Below, one piece after another: positions 57,305 to 64,000 of a stretch of 64,000 bases of DNA. The notes under the pieces were generated by a model. The model saw only the letters and a list, made by a program, of their open reading frames with translations, searched no databases and was not told the origin of the DNA. A program made the translations under genes and the position numbers. Position 1 is the first letter of the stretch; each line of letters starts with the position of its first letter. The stretch comes from Candidatus Latescibacterota bacterium (GTDB lineage Bacteria; Latescibacterota; UBA2968; UBA8231). The stretch spans positions 3,328,001 to 3,392,000 of the forward strand of contig OZ253462.1 of the NCBI GenBank assembly GCA_965261395.1. The letters are read 5' to 3'.

Positions 57305-58114
57305 ATGAACGAAGACGAAAAGTATTTCTTCGACCTCAACGGCTACATCGTCGTGCGCAACGTCTTGTCAGCCGAGGACATCGCGCTGGCCAACGAGGCC
57401 ATTGACCGCCATGCCGATCAGATCCGCGAGCGCATCGGCGAGCTGTCGCTGTCGGCTGGCTCCAAAGCGCTCGAAGGCAGCACCGGACGCGGTGACCTCG
57501 GCGGCGCGCTCTCGTGGCCCGATCCCTACGGCCGTCCTTTCCGGGACATGTTGGTCAACCCCAAGGTGGTGCGCTGCCTGCACGAGATTTTGGGCACAGG
57601 CTTCCGCCTCGATCACAATCTCGGCATCATCACCATGCGCAAAGGGGCCGAGGGCCACCTCCTGCACGGATCGTCTGGCCCCGGCTTTGACCGCCATCAG
57701 TACTACATCTTCAAAGACGGCAAAATGCACAACGGCCTGACCGTGGCCGCCTACCAACTAACAGATGTCCGCGAGGGCGACGGGGGCTTGTGCTTAATCC
57801 CAGGCAGCCACAAAGGCAACTATCCCTGTCCGATGGCGCTCCGGCGCGGCGAGGCGTATCGCGAATTCATCAAGCCGATTACCTGCAACGCTGGCGACTG
57901 CATCATATTCACCGAGGCCACCACCCACGGTACCCTGCCTTGGACCGCCGACCACGACCGCCGCACCGCCCTCTTCCGCTTCTCACCGGGCAACCTCGCC
58001 TACGTGGCCCACAACTGGCCCGAAGACATGCTCGCCCTAATGACCGACGAGCAGCGCAAGGTCCTCGAACCGCCCTATCACGCACGGCTGGAGCGCCCTG
58101 TGTTGGAAGTGTAG
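57305..58114 (+). CDS. Phytanoyl-CoA dioxygenase (PhyH) family
   Basis: FDLNGY.V, FRLDH, DGG...PGSHK.N and GD...FTEA..HGT.PW motifs. Confidence 0.88.
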   Translation: MNEDEKYFFDLNGYIVVRNVLSAEDIALANEAIDRHADQIRERIGELSLSAGSKALEGSTGRGDLGGALSWPDPYGRPFRDMLVNPKVVRCLHEILGTGFRLDHNLGIITMRKGAEGHLLHGSSGPGFDRHQYYIFKDGKMHNGLTVAAYQLTDVREGDGGLCLIPGSHKGNYPCPMALRRGEAYREFIKPITCNAGDCIIFTEATTHGTLPWTADHDRRTALFRFSPGNLAYVAHNWPEDMLALMTDEQRKVLEPPYHARLERPVLEV

Positions 58115-58660
58115 CCGTGTCGAATTAAAAAACCCGTATTGACGAAGGAATCGCGCCGATGCACACGCGGGCCTCAATGTGACTGGGACGACGGCGTATG
58201 ATTAGGCGCGGGCATTTCGGGGGAAAAGGCACTCACGGGAAATATTATCTAGGAGTTGGATTAAATGGAAAGGACAACTTGGAGAACAAAGACGCTTGAT
58301 GCCTTCTCTGTCAGCATTGATGAGTTGGAAGGGCTCTGCTCTCGGTTACGGCAGGAGTTTGGCAACGACAACGATGTCCGTACCTATATTAAGTTTGAAT
58401 TCTCAGATGAGCGTCTGAATTTTGACTCAGTTGAGGAAATAAAAAATCACAATATTAATTATGATAAGGTAACGGCATTTACTATTAGCATATACGGAGA
58501 TAATAAGTCTATTCACCTCAATTCATGTAACCCTTCTTTTATTTCGTTGGTTGGGATAGACGCAATTATACGATCGTCATCCGATAAAGAATCGTGGTGC
58601 GCAGGCGTGAATGAGGCAACCGTTTTCTATTTGAAGAGATATAGAGTCTTTTATTACCTC

Positions 58661-59766
58661 GCGGATTCAACTCGTAAGCGCAATTTTGAAATGTCCAGGT
58701 TGAACTTCTGTTTCCTTGCCTAAGATCTCATGTGGCGTTTGAAATGCCAAGCCCTTTCGCGGCCGATGATTGAGCCGATCCATGATGTGGTGTACCTGCG
58801 CCTCGGACAGCGTATCCAGGGCCGTCCTTTTGGGCACATACTGGCGAATCAGCCCGTTGGTGTTCTCGTTGAGTCCCCGCTCCCAGGCATGGTAGGGATG
58901 GGCAAAATATACGACCGCGTCCAACGCCTGGCCGATCGTGGCATGGTGGGCAAACTCTTGGCCGTTATCCGCCGTAATCGTCTCGGTATGCCCCTTATGG
59001 GGAGCGAGCAACGCAATGGTGGCCGCCGCCACGTGCTCGGCCTGTTTGGAGGGGACTTTGCCCAGCAAGGTATAGCGCGAGCGACGTTCGACCAAGGAGA
59101 CGAGGGCGCCTTTGCGCTGGCCGCCCATCACCAGGTCGATTTCCCAATCGCCGATGCGGCTTTTTTCCTCGACGATGGCCGGTCGCTGGTCCATGCTGAC
59201 CCGGTCTTTAATCTGCCCTCGGGCATCGGCCTTTCCATAGCGTTTCTTGCGTTTCTTCTGACTGTGGCGCAGATGGCGATACAACGTACCGCCCGCCTGG
59301 CGATCGGCCTGGATGTGCTGGTAGATGCGCTCCGGACTCAATCGAAGACCGCCGGCCGCCTCCAGCCGACCCGCAATCTGCGCTGGACTCCACTCCTGAC
59401 GCAGATCCGCTTCGATGCGCTCGATGACAGCCGCCGTCATCTTGGTCGCCTTCGCCTTGTGGCGACGACGCGCCAACGCTTTGTGGTGGGCTTGACGGGG
59501 ACGATAGCCGCGCTGCCCTTGATTGCGCCGCAACTCCCGACAAATCGTCGAGGGCGATACCTCCAGCGTCGCGGCGATGCGCTGCTGATCATGCCCGGCT
59601 TTCTTCAGGGCGTAAATTTGGTATCTTTGATACTCGGTCAACTGGTGATACGTTCCCATAAGCGCCTCCGTTGGGAGCTGCGTTTGAAATGGCCAGGGGA
59701 AATATACCAGTTGGCCTTTTCTCTGCCAGCTACCCAAGCGATTGCACTTACGAGTTGAATTCAAGC
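58661..59766 (-). mobile_element. IS30-family insertion sequence
   Basis: IR core ATTCAACTCGTAAG(C/T)GCAAT at 58665-58684 and 59741-59760; CTC duplication at 58658 and 59767. Confidence 0.9.
58667..59659 (-). CDS. IS30 transposase
   Basis: STI.REL.RN, GDWEID, VER.SR, ADNG.EF, WERG.NEN.NGLIRQY and LN.RPRK motifs. Confidence 0.96.
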   Translation of the reverse strand: MGTYHQLTEYQRYQIYALKKAGHDQQRIAATLEVSPSTICRELRRNQGQRGYRPRQAHHKALARRRHKAKATKMTAAVIERIEADLRQEWSPAQIAGRLEAAGGLRLSPERIYQHIQADRQAGGTLYRHLRHSQKKRKKRYGKADARGQIKDRVSMDQRPAIVEEKSRIGDWEIDLVMGGQRKGALVSLVERRSRYTLLGKVPSKQAEHVAAATIALLAPHKGHTETITADNGQEFAHHATIGQALDAVVYFAHPYHAWERGLNENTNGLIRQYVPKRTALDTLSEAQVHHIMDRLNHRPRKGLAFQTPHEILGKETEVQPGHFKIALTS

Positions 59767-60090
59767 CTCATACGTAGACCAGTAATCCGATATATCGGCC
59801 TACTACTATGGTTTGGACATGTAGTATATTCATTTTTCTTATCTAAGATATATGGCATTTCAGGAGTACCATTTTTAATAATAATAGTTTCTCTCTGGGC
59901 AATTGTCTTTACATTTCAATTGCTGCCACCCGGCACAGTCAAGATTCGTCATAAGAATTATGATATCAAGACAATTGCTGCCGTAGTGGTCGCTTGTGCT
60001 GCCATTATAGGTGTTATCTTTAAGGCCATTGACATGCTAGTTAGTAATTAACCAAAACCTTCAACTAAACCCACAGCTTAGGAAGATCCC

Positions 60091-60924
60091 ATGACCAAAC
60101 GCAAAATCGTCGTCACCGGTGCATCCGGGTACGTCGCCGGCCGCATGTTACCGGCCCTACAAGAACGCTACGAAACCGTTCTACTGGATATAAAAACGAC
60201 CAATCGCCAAGGTGAAGAAGTCACAGGAATCCACATCGCAGATCTGTTGGAGAAGGATCGCGATGCCTACCGAGAACACTTCAGAGGAGCCGACGCGGTA
60301 GTCCACTGCGGCTTTGTCCGAACGGGGCAAGGCGAACAGCGCTTCTGGAATGAGACCGACAATATCACCATGGCCCACAATGTGTACCGAGTCTGCCAAG
60401 ACGAGGGCGTGCGGCGGGCCGTGATCGTCAGCTCCAATCACGCAGCCGACTACTACGAAAATTTGATCTGGTCGGGACGCATGGACTTTGTCACGCCCGA
60501 CATGCTGCCGCTATCGGACAATTTCTACGGCTGGGCCAAGGCTTCGTATGAACTGCTGGGCTTCATGTTCGCCTGTGGCGAGGAAGGACCGGCCCTAGAA
60601 AATGTGCAATTGCGCGTCGGCGGTCCCCGCGAGACCGACATCGACGGCTGCGGCAACGATCTACAGAAAATGCACCGAGGCTTGGGGGCCTATCTGAGCG
60701 TACGCGACCAAGTGCAACTGGTAGTCAAGAGCATTGAGACCGAAGATATCCGCGACGCCAACGGCGTACCCTTCCAGATTTTCTACGGCATCAGCGGCAA
60801 CGCGCACAACTTCTGGAGCTTGGCCAATGCCCGGCGCGTGATCGGCTACGCGCCCCAAGACGACAGCCAAGTGCGCTTTGCCGACAAAATCGCGGCGGTT
60901 ACTCAAGCAGCGCAAGAAGGGTAG
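60091..60924 (+). CDS. NAD-dependent epimerase/dehydratase (uronate dehydrogenase-like)
   Basis: TGASG, SSNHA, YGWAK and C-terminal GY.PQD motifs. Confidence 0.85.
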   Translation: MTKRKIVVTGASGYVAGRMLPALQERYETVLLDIKTTNRQGEEVTGIHIADLLEKDRDAYREHFRGADAVVHCGFVRTGQGEQRFWNETDNITMAHNVYRVCQDEGVRRAVIVSSNHAADYYENLIWSGRMDFVTPDMLPLSDNFYGWAKASYELLGFMFACGEEGPALENVQLRVGGPRETDIDGCGNDLQKMHRGLGAYLSVRDQVQLVVKSIETEDIRDANGVPFQIFYGISGNAHNFWSLANARRVIGYAPQDDSQVRFADKIAAVTQAAQEG

Positions 60925-60925
60925 T

Positions 60926-61996
60926 ATGAGCGAATTCGACGAAGAAACCCGCGTGGACGCGGAAGAGCTACTGGAGTTGGTAGGCACCATTTTCGAGCGA
61001 TGCGGCATGTCGCAAGCGGATACCGCCCTGCTGACCGACTCGCTCGTGTACGCGGATCTGTGCGGAACCCATTCGCACGGCGTCCTGCGGGTACCCGAAT
61101 ACGTAGAGAAGCTGACAACTAAGGGCGTGAATCCAACCGCCAAGCCCGAAGTCGTCGGCGAGGGCCCCTCGTTCGTGGTCGTGGACGGACGCAATTCAAT
61201 GGGACAAATCGGCACTGCCTTAGCTATGCGAGAGGTGATTAGCAAAGCAGCGAAAACCGGCATTGCAGCGGGAGCCATTCGCGGCAGCAATCATTGCGGT
61301 GCCATGGCGTATTTCGCCCGCATGGCGCTGCCGCACGACATGATCGGAATCGCGACCACGAATGCGCTTCCGACGATGGCACCCTGGGGAGGTACCGAGC
61401 GAATCTTGGGCATCAATCCGATCGCGTTCTCCGTACCAGCGGGGAAGATGACTCCCATTGTGTACGACGCTGCGTTTAGCGGGTCTTCCCACGGAAAAAT
61501 TCGAATCTACGAACAGAAAGGAATGCGCCTGCCCGAGGGATGGGCACTAGACCGGGAAGGCCAGCCGACGACCGATCCCAAGGTGGCGATCGACGGCCTG
61601 CTAGCCCCCATCGGAGGGTTCAAAGGGGCTGGGCTGTCGATGATTATGGGCATCCTCTCGTCTTTCCTTTCCGGTGCCAGCTACGGGACCGAACTCGGTA
61701 GCATCGAAGACGGGCCAACCCCCGGTGCAGACGGCCATTTCGTCGCCGCCATCCACATCGCCTCCTTCGAAGACATCGAACGCTTCAAGTCAAGAGTGGA
61801 CGCCGCCATCCAGCAGATCCACGACTGCCGGCTTGCTCCCGGTTTCGACCGAGTGTACGCCCCAGGCGAGCTAGAAACGATTCGCCGCGCCGAGTATCGT
61901 GCGAATGGAATCCCGCTCAATCACGTGACGCTGGCGGACATGCGCGAGACGGCGGAGCGACTCGGTATCGATGTGGAAGAATACGAATGGCTTTAG
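60926..61996 (+). CDS. Ldh_2 family oxidoreductase (malate/L-sulfolactate/ureidoglycolate dehydrogenase-like)
   Basis: SHGV.R, NHCGA, G.NP, P.GWA.D..G.PT.DP, GG.KG.GL and PGE motifs. Confidence 0.92.
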   Translation: MSEFDEETRVDAEELLELVGTIFERCGMSQADTALLTDSLVYADLCGTHSHGVLRVPEYVEKLTTKGVNPTAKPEVVGEGPSFVVVDGRNSMGQIGTALAMREVISKAAKTGIAAGAIRGSNHCGAMAYFARMALPHDMIGIATTNALPTMAPWGGTERILGINPIAFSVPAGKMTPIVYDAAFSGSSHGKIRIYEQKGMRLPEGWALDREGQPTTDPKVAIDGLLAPIGGFKGAGLSMIMGILSSFLSGASYGTELGSIEDGPTPGADGHFVAAIHIASFEDIERFKSRVDAAIQQIHDCRLAPGFDRVYAPGELETIRRAEYRANGIPLNHVTLADMRETAERLGIDVEEYEWL

Positions 61997-62267
61997 GAAA
62001 AGAGGACTTCGCGGACTATGTGCTAGAAGGGACCGAAGGGCCGGCATCGGGGCGGAACAACGGAGGAGCCTAGCTATCGTGCAGGCGAGATACGAGTCGG
62101 CCAGTGGCAGCGCGGTCATCAACCTGTGGGAGGAACTCGGGGAGCAGCAACAAGCAGCAACAAGGGTTTTCAAAACACTTCTTATAATCCGTAAGCTATG
62201 ATTCATCGGTTCTATTCTTATCGAAGATACATTCCCGTAATTCCTTGTATACCTTAGTTCCCTGAGT

Positions 62268-63421
62268 GGCGTTGTTGCATGAAAGCGGTGTTAGGGTCTT
62301 GAACTGAGTCAGGCTCTCCAGTTAGATTGGTTCGTGATTTCCAGCAAGAAACACGTACCTCTCTTCCCTGAGAGCCTGTGATGAGCAAACTATCGGGCGG
62401 TTCGCCCTCGGTCAAGTCGAAAGCGGTGTATCGGGTCCAGAATTGGTCGTCGTATAATCGGGCGTTGATCGCCCGTGGTAGCCTGACGGTCTGGCTGGAC
62501 GATTCGTTGTGGAAGCAGTGGTATGATCAGGGGCCGTCTCAACGGGGTGCTCCGTTTGTATATTCGGATCCAGCGATTGAATGGATGTTGACGATGCGGG
62601 TGTTGCTTCGGTTGCCGTTGCGCCAGACGCAGGGCTTTATCCAATCGCTTTTGGACTTGATGCAGTTGGACTTGGCGACGCCGGATTACTCGACCTTGTC
62701 GCGTCGCCAAGGGAACTTGGCGGTGGTGTTGCCGAGAAAGTGCCCCGATAAACCGATGCACTTGGTGGTAGATTCGACCGGCTTGAAAGTCTACGGTGAG
62801 GGCGAGTGGAAAGTCCGTCAACACGGCTGGACCAAACGGCGGACTTGGCGCAAACTGCATGTGGGGGTCCACGAGGCCACCGGCGAGGTGGTCGCCCAGA
62901 CGTTGACGTCCCATCGGATCGATGATGCCTCGCAGGTCGCCCCCTTGCTGACCCAAGTCGACGAGGCGGTGGGGGCAGTAGGTGGAGATGGTGCATACGA
63001 CAAACGTAAGGTTTTCGACGCGTTGGCCACACCGCCGAGCGGCCCATCGATTCAGCCCATCATTGCGCTGCGCAAAGACGCTACGATCCAGCAGCATGGC
63101 AATTGTAAGGCACCCGCGTTGGCACGGGATGAGATCCTTCGAGCCATTCGACACCAGGGACGCAGCGGGTGGAAACAGGCCAGTGGCTATCATCGACGCT
63201 CGTTGGCTGAAACGCAGATCTATCGCTATAAGCACCTCATCGGCGACAAGCTGAAGGCACGTAGCTGGGCTAACCAACAGGTCGAAAGTCGCTTGGGCTG
63301 TGCCATCCTCAATCGAATGATCCATCTGGGCAAACCCCAGTCGTATCGAGTAGAAAAAATTAACTGAACAAAAAACAACATTCGACCATGATACCCCAGA
63401 TATGATTCATGCAACAACGCC
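62268..63421 (+). mobile_element. IS5-family (IS903 group) element, no target duplication
   Basis: 16-bp IR GGCGTTGTTGCATGAA/TTCATGCAACAACGCC. Confidence 0.92.
62378..63367 (+). CDS. IS5/IS903 transposase
   Basis: NW..YN..L..RGSL, PDYSTLSRR, DSTGLKVYGEGEW, WRKLH, DGAYD and YHRRSL.ET motifs. Confidence 0.96.
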   Translation: MMSKLSGGSPSVKSKAVYRVQNWSSYNRALIARGSLTVWLDDSLWKQWYDQGPSQRGAPFVYSDPAIEWMLTMRVLLRLPLRQTQGFIQSLLDLMQLDLATPDYSTLSRRQGNLAVVLPRKCPDKPMHLVVDSTGLKVYGEGEWKVRQHGWTKRRTWRKLHVGVHEATGEVVAQTLTSHRIDDASQVAPLLTQVDEAVGAVGGDGAYDKRKVFDALATPPSGPSIQPIIALRKDATIQQHGNCKAPALARDEILRAIRHQGRSGWKQASGYHRRSLAETQIYRYKHLIGDKLKARSWANQQVESRLGCAILNRMIHLGKPQSYRVEKIN

Positions 63422-63429
63422 CTTGAAAG

Positions 63430-64000
63430 GGCTTTGGTGCATGAAAACTGTCGGGGCCGTGTTGCCCCTTGTCTGGTGTGTTTTAGACTTCCTTGGTTAT
63501 CGGATAGGACTCGGGCTTAGCCAAATGCAATAGCCGGTTGAGTATGGCACATCCCACTCGTGTTTCGGTTTGTTGGTGGGATAGGGTTCGGGCGTGCAAG
63601 GTGTCGCCGAGGCTCTGTTTGTAGCGGCCGATCTGGGTTTCGACGAGGGATCGGCGATGATAGCCACTGGTTTTTTTCCAGGTTCGACGGCCCCGGCTAC
63701 GGATGGTTCGGATCGTCTCATCGCGGGGCAACGGCTCCGCGTTGCAGTTGCCATGTTGCTGGATTTTGGCGTCTTTGCGCGGCGGAATGATCGGCCGGAT
63801 CGGCGGCCCTCGGTCCGGCGCAGCCAACGCCTCAAACACCTTGCGTTTATCATAGGCTCCATCCCCGCCCACCGCCGCGATGGGGGCCGCGACTTGCTCC
63901 AGCAACGGCTCGACCTGCCCGGCATCATCTGGGCGATTGGCCGTCAACGTCTGGGCGACGATCTCGCCGGTGGCTTCGTCGACCCCAAGGTGCAATTTGC
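63430..64000 (-). mobile_element. Second, divergent IS5/IS903 element, partial; transposase 63483 to beyond 64000
   Basis: IR GGCTTTGGTGCATGAA at 63430-63445; KLHLGVDE, GDGAYD and YHRRSLVET motifs. Confidence 0.92.

Larger units (their letters stand above)
58265..60051 (+). pseudogene. AT-rich membrane protein gene (about 225 aa) interrupted by IS30
   Basis: Removing 58661-59766 and one CTC rejoins ..RVFYYL-IRRPVIRY.. in frame, giving three C-terminal hydrophobic helices. Confidence 0.8.

Noticed and set aside
58730-59758. 342-aa ORF antisense to the IS30 transposase (similarly 62390-63325 for IS5)
   Set aside because: Shadow frames of GC-rich transposase genes with no recognisable motifs.

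Overview
A GC-rich bacterial chromosomal segment. The gene families present (FlgD-Ig/NPFTPNGDG-tailed secreted proteins, a TWGxIK-tailed protein, DUF6785, PhyH and enolase paralogs) suggest Latescibacterota/Gemmatimonadota or a related FCB-type lineage; this is an inference. 1-9 kb: housekeeping genes (lpdA, SDR, HAD, xylA, RHH-nadA, dapL, TIM-barrel epimerase, and a GlnRS whose HIGH motif reads HIGS). 9-35 kb: a large envelope locus with an FGE-like protein, two CRTAC1/ASPIC-UnbV proteins, TPR proteins, three paralogous 700-1090 aa secreted proteins with a shared C-terminal NPFTPNGDG/FlgD-Ig domain, two GT-C-TPR glycosyltransferases, a 902-aa predicted outer-membrane protein, a CBM9-like protein with a TWGxIK tail, a PPIase and a DUF6785/6784 membrane protein. 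This is the best candidate for an uncharacterised protein export/glycosylation system. 35-46 kb: a DUF4175-TPR-GATase-like-MoxR-DUF58 cluster split by an accessory block punctuated by three copies of a 37-bp gene-end repeat. 46-54 kb: a SUF operon split between sufB and sufC by an AT-rich defence/TA islet. 54-64 kb: a YoeB TA pair, catabolic oxidoreductases, an IS30-disrupted membrane protein gene and two abutting IS5 elements. No rRNA, tRNA or CRISPR array was seen. All family calls are from recognised motifs, not database searches.
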